Below, in pieces: positions 1 to 9,675 of a stretch of DNA of 26,467 nucleotides. A program made the translations under genes and the position numbers. Origin of the DNA: Tubiluchus corallicola (lineage: Eukaryota; Animalia; Priapulida); contig JAQGDQ010001760.1 in assembly GCA_030141605.1 (NCBI GenBank), positions 1 to 26,467 of the forward strand, in the 5' to 3' direction. The notes under the pieces were generated by a model that was not told the DNA's origin, ran no database searches, and saw nothing but the letters and a program-made list of their open reading frames with translations. Numbering within the stretch: position 1 is the stretch's first letter; each line of letters starts with the position of its first letter.

Positions 1-101
1 ATTTATTTATCTCTTTATAATACTACAATAAAACATGATTAATAAAAGAATCGCTAATAAGTTTTGAAGAATGGTTAAAATGAATAGATAGATAGAATAG
101 A

Positions 102-1054
102 TAGAACTAGAGAAAGGATAGTGAAAAGACTATAAAGTCACCTAGTCTGCTATCCTTTACCGAATATAGATAGATCTAGAACTAGAGAAAGGATAGAGAA
201 AAGACTATAAAGTCACCTAGTCTGCTATCCTTTACCGAATATAGATAGATCTAGAACTAGAGAAAGGATAGTGAAAAGACTATAAAGTCGCATAGTCTGC
301 TATCCTTTACCGAATATAGATAGATCTAGAACTAGAGAAAGGATAGAGAAAAGACTATAAAGTCACCTAGTCTGCTATCCTTTACCGAATATAGATAGAT
401 CTAGAACTAGAGAAAGGATAGAGAAAAGACTATAAAGTCACCTAGTCTGCTATCCTTTACCGAATATAGATAGATCTAGAACTAGAGAAAGGATAGTGAA
501 AAGACTATAAAGTCGCATAGTCTGCTATCCTTTACCGAATATAGATAGATCTAGAACTAGAGAAAGGATAGAGAAAAGACTATAAAGTCACCTAGTCTGC
601 TATCCTTTACCGAATATAGATAGATCTAGAACTAGAGAAAGGATAGTGAAAAGACTATAAAGTCACATAGTCTGCTATCCTTTACCGAATATAGATAGAT
701 CTAGAACTAGAGAAAGGATAGTGAAAAGACTATAAAGTCACCTAGTCTGCTATCCTTTACCGAATATAGATAGATCTAGAACTAGAGAAAGGATAGTGAA
801 AAGACTATAAAGTCACCTAGTTTGCTATCCTTTACCGAATATAGATAGATCTAGAACTAGAGAAAGGATAGTGAAAAGACTATAAAGTCGCATAGTCTGC
901 TATCCTTTACCGAATATAGATAGATCTAGAACTAGAGAAAGGATAGTGAAAAGACTATAAAGTCGCATAGTCTGCTATCCTTTACCGAATATAGATAGAT
1001 CTAGAAGTAGAGAAAGGATAGTGAAAAGACTATAAAGTCACCTAGTTTGCTATC
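102..1054. repeat. 75-bp tandem repeat, ~12.7 copies, each unit with an internal inverted repeat
   Basis: Lines at 121, 421, 721 and 1021 are in the same register (300 = 4x75). The unit contains AAAGGATAG...AGACTA...TAGTCT.CTATCCTTT. Confidence 0.95.
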
Positions 1055-1427
1055 TGCCTAATATAGATAAAATGGGCCTTAATGTTATCAGTTTAATTCA
1101 GGAAACATTAATAATTTTAAAATTATGACATTTGCTATATAATTAAGTAATCCAGAGTAAAGAAAATACATGTACTTTAATTAGCGGGCAACAAAATAAG
1201 GTCAATCTTGATTAAACTAAAAATAGCATTTAGATTTTATGTGAAAAACAGGTCAAAATTGTTATGAAATGATGAAAACACTTTGGGCTAATAATGCTAT
1301 TAATCAACAACAAGAGTTAAATATATTTTGATTTTTAGCAAAAACAAAACTCACTTGTGGGGGGAGGGGGGGGTGCTTATTACACAGCAAAAGTACAACA
1401 GAAATAATTTTGTGAAACTGTTTTCAG

Positions 1428-1537
1428 ATTGGCATTATCTGAAGCTCATGCTAAATTGAGCCTAAGAGACGATATTACAGAAGATGATGCACTTGCTGCA
1501 GTTATGTTATATGAAGAGTCAGTCACTGCTAGATACG
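1428..1537 (+). CDS. MCMDC2: MCM domain-containing protein 2-like, internal exon (LALSEAHAKLSLRDDITEDDALAAVMLYEESVTARYG)
   Basis: Acceptor ttttcag|A at 1427/1428, donor G|gtattc at 1537/1538. The peptide resembles the MCM lid helix LSEAHARL.LR..V..EDV..A as recalled for the MCMDC2 C-terminus. Confidence 0.8.
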
Positions 1538-1774
1538 GTATTCCTACTATAGATAATTTCACTTTATTTGAATTTTTATACACCTTCGGCAGACTGAGTA
1601 GTCGGGTATCCAGCATTCAATTGCTGGACCTTTTCAACTTTGATGTTCGCGGCAAGACCAGAGTTCGGGTCATTATCAAGTACGAGCTGCAGAACGCAAA
1701 GATATCTCGGTCATGTTCAGCTGCGTATATGTTCTCTCTGTACGATATAAGCGGCTGAAATCAGCAGGACAAAC

Positions 1775-2017
1775 GAAAGCCGCCCAGTCATTCATTGACC
1801 AAACTTGGGGTTGCTTAACTTTGCTAGCACAAATGCAAAGAATGTGCGTTCACTCGAAACCCGCCCAGCCGTTCATTGACCAAACTTGGGGTTGCTTAAC
1901 TTTGCTAGCACAAATGCAAAGAATGTGCGTTCACTCGAAACCCGCCCAGCCATTCATTGACCAACCTTGGGGTTGCTTAACTTTGCTAGCACAAATACAA
2001 AGAATGTATGTTCACTC
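1775..2017. repeat. 81-bp tandem repeat, 3 copies
   Basis: Units start at 1775, 1856 and 1937 and give the 27-aa periodicity in ORF 1713-2129. Confidence 0.92.
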
Positions 2018-2164
2018 ATCCTTTACTGTCTTACTACACCTGTGTTTATCGTCTACACACTCATATCTTGGCTTGCCCGACCTCGCTTTGACAGATTTTG
2101 CAAGAATCGGACAGAATCTGGACCGTTAAAAAGTCTCACATGCTACAGACACGACCGCTACTTT

Positions 2165-2355
2165 TTGCGAGCTGACCGCTAGTTGGCAGGCAGTCACTTT
2201 GTTTACGTCATTACATCAGTATAACCAAGTGTATATCTCTATGTATATAAAAATATAGAGTCAATTATGTAGAATTATTTGAGTCAATTACCGACAGTTT
2301 TTATATACTTTGGATAGAAGAGGCCCACACTGGACGTTTTTGAGATAATTAGGTA
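2165..2355 (-). mobile_element. Inverted, diverged copy of the internal core of the CAGGGATGAGAAT MITE family
   Basis: The reverse complement aligns with ~14235-14428 and ~25460-25655 (ctgaccgctag.tggcaggc.gtcactttgtttac...gagtcaatt...gtttttgaga.aattaggta). Confidence 0.8.
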
Positions 2356-2497
2356 ATTGATTCTACATTACTGTGAGTCTAACACACGACGCCTACTATA
2401 CTAGCTTAATGTCGGAAAATATGGACAATCGGCAAATTCGGACCGACGTCTTCCAACTTTTGTCCGGCAAACCAAGATATGAGCGTAGTTATAATAT

Positions 2498-2794
2498 TGT
2501 TACGGAGGCACCAGTGTCGGGTCAGGTGTAGGGCCCTCTACACGCCCTGCTTCCACGTCAGCAGCGACTCACCCCTTTCTTGTAGGTCCAGACATCTTGT
2601 TTGGGCCTACACGTGGTGTGAGAAGCCAGCTGACCTGGAATGCCAGTATAAAAGCGTGTAGAGGTCACTACAGCCTTGATTTCTGACACAGGTGCTCCTC
2701 GGGTGTAGTGCTGGTACTGAGTTAGTTAGTTATTTTTTGTGCACGTGTATTTTGGTTCCCTATTTTTATTAGTGCTAATAATAAACTCCGTACA
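2498..2794 (+). mobile_element. Candidate solo LTR containing a long fold-back
   Basis: Begins TGTTACGGAG and ends CTCCGTACA (inverted ends, 1 indel). TATAAAA at 2647 and AATAAA at ~2780. TSD not resolved (atat vs gtgt). Confidence 0.5.
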
Positions 2795-2939
2795 GTGTAA
2801 TTTTTTTATGAGAGTTAGATGACATGCTATAACAGGTATATGGTACTAGTTTACAGACAATAACTTAGTTAATTAATATTAACATTTGTAGTTAAGTAAT
2901 CAGCTACACAATGATAGTAAAATGGATCTTCATGATGCG

Positions 2940-3057
2940 CAATATCAAGACCGCCATGCCATCTTGGAGTTCGACCCCCTGAGTCGAATTCAGTCCAATA
3001 TCAAGACCGCCATGCCATCTTGGAGTTTGGCCCCCTGGGTCGAATTCAGTCCAATAT
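2940..3057. repeat. 56-bp tandem duplication
   Basis: caatatcaagaccgccatgccatcttggagtt... at 2940 and 2996, with a partial third copy at 3052. Confidence 0.9.
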
Positions 3058-3261
3058 GTTCAGATAAGGATTAAAGTGTACTCTCTAATTTACAAAAATG
3101 GCCCTTCGTGGATATATCTGATGTGGTTGCTGTGTCATGTTAATGTGGAGAATGAAGCCTTTTAAGGATTTTTTTACGTTGTTTGAAAATTCTATAATAC
3201 TGTTGTATTGGACCTAAAAGGTTGTGCAAGCCTGACATTATTTTCTTCTTCGTTTGTTTAG

Positions 3262-3335
3262 GTTTTTCTGCATTGAATCTCAAACCACTGACTCACTTCA
3301 AGGACACTGATCTTGCATATTACCTGGGACGAGAG
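3262..3335 (+). CDS. MCMDC2: MCMDC2-like penultimate exon ((G)FSALNLKPLTHFKDTDLAYYLGRE)
   Basis: Pyrimidine tract and tttag|GT acceptor. The phase-1 start completes Gly from the previous exon. Phase-0 donor GAG|gtactg (alternative CTG|gtaaaa at 3341) joins the last exon in frame. Not called by the ORF track. Confidence 0.72.
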
Positions 3336-3366
3336 GTACTGGTAAAAGTTTATGTAAAGAAATATA

Positions 3367-3701
3367 CAGTCGACCCTCGTTAAACCGGACCCCGTTAGCC
3401 CGGATATCGGATAAGACGGACGTCATCCGTGGTAAAGAAAACTGACCGATTTCCGACCGAGCCGGAGCGCTAAACACAACACGGCCTACCAACCCTTACA
3501 TATCTTTATCTTCACAGGTTAACTATTGTAAAGTAATATACAGTATTGTATATAGTGCAATGTATATAGGCCTTATTAAGGTGATTATTCCTGTATAATA
3601 TAGACCCTATGTAGGCATATCGGATAAATCGGACAATCGGCTAAACCGGACCACCCACCCCCCCCACCCCCCAATTAGTCCGGTTTAACGAGGGTTGACT
3701 G
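3367..3701. mobile_element. Tc1/mariner-pogo-type MITE
   Basis: 24-bp TIR cagtcgaccctcgttaaaccggac / gtccggtttaacgagggttgactg (1 mismatch), flanked by TA on both sides. Confidence 0.9.
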
Positions 3702-3737
3702 TACTAGATTCTAGGTTGTTGTTTGTCATACCTAGTA

Positions 3738-3882
3738 CAGTAAGTCCTCGCTTAACGGCAGTAAGTCCTCGCTTAACGACAGTGTCCTCTCTTAACGACA
3801 GTAAGTCCTCGCTTAACGACAGTAAGTCCTCGCTTAACAACAGTAAGTCCTCGCTTAACGACAGTAAGTCCTCTCTTAACGA
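3738..3882. repeat. 21-bp tandem repeat, 7 copies (cagtaagtcctcgcttaacga)
   Basis: Units at 3738, 3759, 3780 (19 bp), 3799, 3820, 3841 and 3862. Confidence 0.95.
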
Positions 3883-4545
3883 CGCTAGTGCATTCCAACT
3901 AAATGAGACGTTAAGCGAAATGTCGTTAAACGAAGTCAAGACTTCCATAGAAAGTAATGTAAACGAATTGAGATGCGTTCCAGAGACAAAAATCAATACT
4001 GCTAAAATCATATGAGTTAAACATTCTATGAGTTTTATTCATATTTCTACTGATTAATGTCTTCCTGTTTGCCTGAAACCACCTATATATTTTACTTAGC
4101 AATACCTAGCTATAGCAGTTTCTCTTTTGTTGACGTTTAATCCTAGTCAGGGGTTGAACAATAAACACTGCAGAGTCAAGCCCTGGGGTGACTTTGGGAA
4201 TTTTTTCCTACATAGTTACTCTGGTTGCTATAGCAACAGGTTGCAGGCAAAATTGCTCGCTGGTCACATGATACCCAAACCGCATGTAATACAGTAGTAG
4301 CGTCAGTAGTCAGTCGAGAAGCAAAAACATGTATAATAATTACACTGTTTACATTATTATGGCATTTTTAGAACAGAATAATGCAATAGGTGCTGCTTTA
4401 ATCCATCAAATTAGGTAAAAATTTTGTTAATCAAATAAAAATTTGCCTTGAGGAAAGTAAAAAATCCTCGTTAAAGCGAAACGTGCGTCGTTAAGTGAAA
4501 AAAGGTGTCAAATGATTGGCGTCGTTAAACGGGTTTGGCGTTAAG
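3738..4545. mobile_element. Tigger/pogo-like MITE with amplified left end and disrupted right end
   Basis: TA|CAGTAAGTCCTCGCTTAACG start. Subterminal cgttaa motifs at ~3907-3930 and 4468-4545. The right end runs into the TATG microsatellite. Confidence 0.6.
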
Positions 4546-4859
4546 TATGTGTATGTGTTACTGTGTGTATGTGTATTTTGTATGTATGTGTATGTGTTAC
4601 TGTATGTATGTGTATGTTGTATGTATGTATGTATGTGTATGTTGTATGTATGTGTTATGTATGTATGTGTATGTTGTATGTATGTGTTATGTATGTTTTA
4701 TGTATGTGTTATGTATGTATGTGTATGTTGTATGTATGTGTTATGTATGTATGTGTATGTTGTATGTGTATGTTGTATGTATGTGTTATGTATGTATGTG
4801 TTACTGTATGTATGTGTATGTGTTACTGTATGTATGTGTATGTGTTACTGTATGTATGT
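4545..4859. repeat. Compound (TATG/TG)n microsatellite
   Basis: Direct inspection. It ends ~16 nt before the last MCMDC2 acceptor and explains the spurious C/M/V/Y-rich ORFs. Confidence 0.95.
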
Positions 4860-4875
4860 TCTTTCCTGCTTTCAG

Positions 4876-4968
4876 AATGATAGGCGAATGAAGGAATTTC
4901 ACATGCAGTTGCTACAGTTTATTGCTAATCATGCAGGAGATATTGACACAAGTTTTGTGGAGGAATAA
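4876..4968 (+). CDS. MCMDC2: MCMDC2-like terminal exon (NDRRMKEFHMQLLQFIANHAGDIDTSFVEE*)
   Basis: Acceptor ctttcctgctttcag|AAT, phase 0, TAA at 4966-4968. Resembles the recalled vertebrate MCMDC2 end (QQLEQFIATYG...SSDE*). Confidence 0.78.
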   Translation, partial: NDRRMKEFHMQLLQFIANHAGDIDTSFVEE

Positions 4969-5236
4969 GATGACACCTCGTGCTCTAGTGTAGACTTTCT
5001 TACGGATGCTGAGTTATCCGAGCGTTTCAACGATGTCGTCTCCTAGCTAAGCCGACGAAGATGAGGTTGTTCTGTACTTAGGAAATGAAGCAGCACTGCT
5101 CAGGGTTCCCACAGAATTTTAAAATGAATTTTCCTGACTTTTCCCAGGCCAAATATTGATTTTTCCATGACCAAGATAAGCAGAAATTGCATTATCAGTA
5201 TACATATTCAAACAGTTTTTGTGTATGGACGTTCAT

Positions 5237-5505
5237 TTGTTGTTGGCATCCTTCTGTCTCGGAAGACAATGGAATGTGCGCCAAGAGAGTCCGATCCTTG
5301 AACGTCTCCTGGGCGCACGCCTGGGCAAGGTGTATGGAGATCCTGAGTTGTCCAGACAACAGGAACCCCCTCTCTTCCTTCCTGGTGTAGTCCAAAGGAA
5401 AGCGGAGCGATACGTTTGGCACCAGGTTGGCTGCAGGAGCTGCCGGAGTCAGTGAGCATGCTGCACTGGTCCGCCTTCGGAGCTCCACTCCTGATTTGGA
5501 AGGTT
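5237..5505 (-). mobile_element. RTE-derived bipartite non-autonomous retroposon, 5'-truncated copy
   Basis: 11-bp TSD tggacgttcat (5226-5236 / 5506-5516). Minus-strand 3' end ccattgtcttccgagacagaaggatgccaacaacaa. Near-identical to 9288-9598. Confidence 0.85.
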
Positions 5506-5637
5506 TGGACGTTCATACATCAACCAATTATTATTTTTGGAACAGAAATCCAAACTGGGAGCTTGCCATAGCAAAATTTTATTTGAACACGAATCGTTGA
5601 AAAATATGTTTGCAAAACTGGTGATTACTTTTACAAC

Positions 5638-7795
5638 CAGTGGCAGATTTAGGGGGTGGGCCCAAGGGACCTGCGCCCTCCCTTGCACAGTAACTGTTAC
5701 AACACACAAAATTAATATTTTCTCTGAATTATAAGCATTAGAACGATTTGCTAAACCTCAAAGGTGCCTTATACCTGTAAAAATAATAGATTACAAGAAA
5801 ACAGATGAAAGTTATGTACATCATACATTCTGTATAGTGTATATCAATATATTGGTATGTAGTTTTGAGTCAAAAGTGAGGAGACACCTGCTTTAAACTA
5901 GTGAGCTTCCTTGAGATGGTTTCTAGAAGGCATGAAAGTGGTCTGAAATGCAGTAAAATGTATTGTTGTGTGGGTGGACCTAGCAGGGGAGCTTACACCA
6001 CCCCCAGACCCAGGAGACACCTGTTCTAAACTAGTGAACTTCCTAGAGATGGTTTCTAGAAGGCAGGAAAGTGGTCTGAAATGCAGTAAAATGTATTGTT
6101 GTGTGGATGGACCTCGCAGGGGAGCTTACACCACCCCCAGACCCAGGAGACACGTGTTCTAAACTAGTGAACTTCCTAGAGATGGTTTCTAGAAGGCAGG
6201 AAAGTGGTCTGAAATGCAGTAAAATGCATTGTTGTGTGGGTGGACCTAGCAGGGGAGCTTACACCACCCCCAGACCCAGGAGACACCTGTTCTAAACTAG
6301 TGAACTTCCTAGAGATGGTTTCTAGAAGGCAGGAAAGTGGTCTAAAATGCAGTAAAATGTATTGTTGTGTGGGTGGACCTAGCAGGGGAGCTTACACCAC
6401 CCCCAGACCTAGGAGATACCTGTTCTAAACTAGTGAACTTCCTAGAGATGGTTTCTAGAAGGCAGGAAAGTGGTCTAAAATGCAGTAAAATGTATTGTTG
6501 TGTGGGTGGACCTCGCAGGGGAGCTTACACCGCCCCCAGACCCAGGAGACACCTGTTCTAAACTAGTGAACTTCCTAGAGATGGTTTCTAGAAGGCAGGA
6601 AAGTGGTCTAAAATGCAGTAAAATGTATTGTTGTGTGGGTGGACCTAGCAGGGGAGCTTACACCACCCCCAGACCCAGGAGACACCTGTTCTAAACTAGT
6701 GAGCTTCCTAGAGATGGTTTCTAGAAGGCAGGAAAGTGGTCTGAAATGCAGTAAAATGTATTGTTGTGTGGGTGGACCTCTCAGGGGAGCTTACACTGCC
6801 CCCAGACCCAGGAGACACGTGTTCTAAACTAGTGAGCTTCCTAGAGATGGTTTCTAGAAGGCAGGAAAGTGGTCTAAAATGCAGTAAAATGTATTGTTGT
6901 GTGGGTGGACCTCTCAGGGGAGCTTACACCACCCCCAGACCCAGGAGACACCTGTTCTAAACTAGTGAACTTCCTAGAGATGGTTTCTAGAAGGCAGGAA
7001 AGTGGTCTGAAATGCAGTAAAATGTATTGTTGTGTGGGTGGACCTAGCAGGGGAGCTTACACCACCCCCAGACCCAGGAGACACCTGTTCTAAACTAGTG
7101 AACTTCCTAGAGATGGTTTCTAGAAGGCAGGAAAGTGGTCTGAAATGCAGTAAAATGCATTGTTGTGTGGGTGGACCTAGCAGGGGAGCTTACACCACCC
7201 CCAGACCTAAGAGATACCTGTTCTAAACTAGTGAACTTCCTAGAGATGATTTCTAGAAGGCAGGAAAGTGGTCTGAAATGCAGTAAAATGTATTGTTGTG
7301 TGGGTGGACCTCTCAGGGGAGCTTACACTGCCCCCAGACCCAGGAGACACGTGTTCTAAACTAGTGAGCTTCCTAGAGATGGTTTCTAGAAGGTACGAAA
7401 GTGGTCTGAAATGCAGTAAAATGTATTGTTGTGTGGGTGGACCTCACAGGGGAGCTTACACTGCCCCCAGACCCAGGAGACACCTGTTCTAAACTAGTGA
7501 ACTTCCTAGAGATGGTTTCTAGAAGGCAGGAAACTGGTCTAAAATGCAGTAAAATGTATTGTTGTGTGGGTGGACCTCTCAGGGGAGCTTACACCGCCCC
7601 CAGACCCAGGAGACACGTGTTCTAAACTAGTGAACTTCCTAGAGATGGCTTCTAGAAGGCAGGAAAGTGGTCTAAAGTGCAGTAAAATGCATTGTTGTGT
7701 GGGTGGACCTCGCAGGGGAGCTTACACCGCCCCCAGACCCTCTAACTGCTTTTCTGTTGGGCTCACCGTTGTTCTAAAACCTGTATCCGCCCTTG
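5638..7795. mobile_element. MITE-like element with CAGTGGC(A/G)GAT-type ends enclosing the 133-bp array
   Basis: cagtggcagatttaggggg... left end and ...cctgtatccgcccttg right end (imperfect inverted). Internal ggggagcttaca..cccccagaccc motif. No clear TSD. Confidence 0.5.
5880..7740. repeat. 133-bp tandem repeat, ~14 copies
   Basis: ORF starts recur every 133 nt (5968, 6101 ... 7564) and units are nearly identical. Confidence 0.97.
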
Positions 7796-8106
7796 GCAAC
7801 CCTTTCCAATTTTCCGACTTTTTGCGCCATCTTCAATATTTTGCCTGACTTTTTACCAAAATATCTTTTTTCCTGACTTTCCAAGATGTATTTTCCAGGG
7901 TTTTCCTTGAACGTGGGAACCCTGGCTGTTTGAACGGAGTAAAATACACGCAGGACAAATCGATTGTACTGAGCAATTTCAAATGTTCGCAGTGTAGCAA
8001 CAGTGAAATTTCCAAACTTACTACAACCGTTTAAAATAGACCAATTGATGGACTTCTCCACATTTATTATTCTTGTCCGTAATTGAACTATACTAATTGC
8101 ATTTAA

Positions 8107-8112
8107 AATAAA
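8107..8112 (+). promoter_or_regulatory. Candidate polyadenylation signal for MCMDC2
   Basis: First AATAAA I find downstream of the stop at 4968. Confidence 0.35.
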
Positions 8113-8598
8113 AAAAATTACTATTAGAAAAAAGAATTCATCATTGACATTTGGGACAGTTTAGCACGGGTTTTTTTTGTAACATCGACGTATTACCATA
8201 AATATCATATTTGGTCAGTTTTCGTAGTAAAAACTCAATGCATGACCACCATTCTTTGATTTTCTTATGTGTTAATCTTGATTTGTGGAAGATATATCAA
8301 TTTTAATTGAAATTAGGCAGGAAAGAAGGAAATCTTAAAACACCCAGTCCAGATTTTCATAACTTCAGGACAACCAGTCTATCAGCTGACAGGTGGTACA
8401 ATTCTTATACTGCAACTTGTCCCGAAAATGTATACCCACTTTTCAAATTTCATTTACCTTGCATATAAAATGCCAGCGTTATTAATGTGCTGATATGCAG
8501 TCTCACTGCATAATAATAAGTTGTTTGACAAAAACGCTTCAAACTTATTTCTGTTTAATTTACTGTTTTGCGAAGTTTGTATTGTCACTGTTTAAGTC

Positions 8599-9034
8599 GT
8601 ATTATTGTCACGATGTTGGATTTTAATAAGCTGTATTATTGTCACAATGTTGCATTTTAATAAGCTGTATTATTGTCACAACGTTGCATTTTAATAAGCT
8701 GTATTATTGTCACGATGTTGCATTTTAATAAGTTGTATTATTGTCACGATCTTGCATTTTAATAAGCTGTATTATTGTCCCGATGTTGCATTTTAATAAG
8801 CTGTATTATTGTCACGATGTTGCATTTTAATAACTTGTATTATTGTCACGATGTTGCATTTTAATAAGTTGTATTATTGTCACGATGTTGCATTTTAATA
8901 CGTTGTATTATTGTCACGATGTTGCATTTTAATAAGTTGTATTATTGTCACGATGTTGCATTTTAATACGTTGTATTATTGTCACGATGTTGCATTTTAA
9001 TAAGCTGTATTATTGTCACAATGTTGCATTTTAA
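8599..9034. repeat. 34-bp tandem repeat, ~13 copies
   Basis: Unit gtattattgtcacgatgttgcattttaataag(c/t)t. Confidence 0.95.
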
Positions 9035-9287
9035 TCATTTTTCTAAGTCGTTGCTTAAACATTTTTTACATTTATAAATTTTGCTCTGCGCATATTGACT
9101 ATTTCTACAAATATTTAATTGTATCCATTTTGAATGTTGTCTATAATTATATCCACAATTATCAATTTTTTGAAAGTTAATTGTTGTCGTTATTATTATG
9201 TTATGTTGTATTTTACTGCATTTTATAAATTTTGTAGCGTTTTTTAAGAATCGCACTTTGCTGTCATCTTGTTATTACTTTTGGAAT

Positions 9288-9675
9288 GGTTGGCATCCTT
9301 CTGTCTCGGAAGACAATGGAGTGTGCGCCAAGAGAGTCAGTTATTGATCACATTGATGGAGCTGCAGCGTCGACTGTGGCTGAGCAGTCCGATCCTTGAA
9401 CGTCTCCAGGGCGCACGCCTGGGCAAGGTGTATGGAGATCCTGAGTTGCCCAGACCGCAGGAACCCCTCCTCTTCCTCCCTGGTGTAGTCCAAAGGAAAG
9501 CGGAGCGATACGTTTGGCACCAGGTTGGCTGCAGGAGCTGCCGTAGTCTGTGAGCATGCTGCACTGGTCCACCTTCGGGGCTCCACCCCTGATTTGGATG
9601 CTTTACTCCTCTACACATGGCCGTTGGGTCACTTGACCTCCTCCGTCCTCTAGCTTATGGCTGCTTGCGCAGCTC
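9288..9675 (-). mobile_element. RTE-derived bipartite non-autonomous retroposon, longer copy
   Basis: 11-bp TSD acttttggaat (9277-9287 / 9676-9686). The minus strand encodes SRIGLLSHSRRC, the typical RTE ORF C-terminal motif, fused directly to 5'UTR-like sequence. Confidence 0.87.

Larger units (their letters stand above)
5101..7924. mobile_element. Non-autonomous DNA transposon (hAT-like ends) carrying nested insertions
   Basis: Perfect 12-bp TIR CAGGGTTCCCAC (5101) / GTGGGAACCCTG (7913). Subterminal ttcctgacttt and ttcca repeats at both ends. No 8-bp TSD, only gct on both sides. Confidence 0.72.

Noticed and set aside
3685-4015. ORFs with SSLNDSK / SEDLLSL heptad repeats
   Set aside because: Translation of the 21-bp TIR-derived repeat in an intron.
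4969-5046. Stop-codon readthrough extension of MCMDC2 (25 open codons, possible stem GATGACA/TGTCGTC)
   Set aside because: TAA-G is not a leaky context, 25 open codons is common by chance, and the stop agrees with the recalled orthologue end.
5968-7848. Tandem family of 64-aa peptides
   Set aside because: GTG-start ORFs that overlap each other and shift frame each unit (133 is not a multiple of 3); a repeat artefact.
5237-9675. Sense-antisense pairing of MCMDC2 and PLRG1 mRNAs through the two retroposon copies
   Set aside because: PLRG1 has an AATAAA ~56 nt after its stop, so its mRNA probably does not reach 9675.
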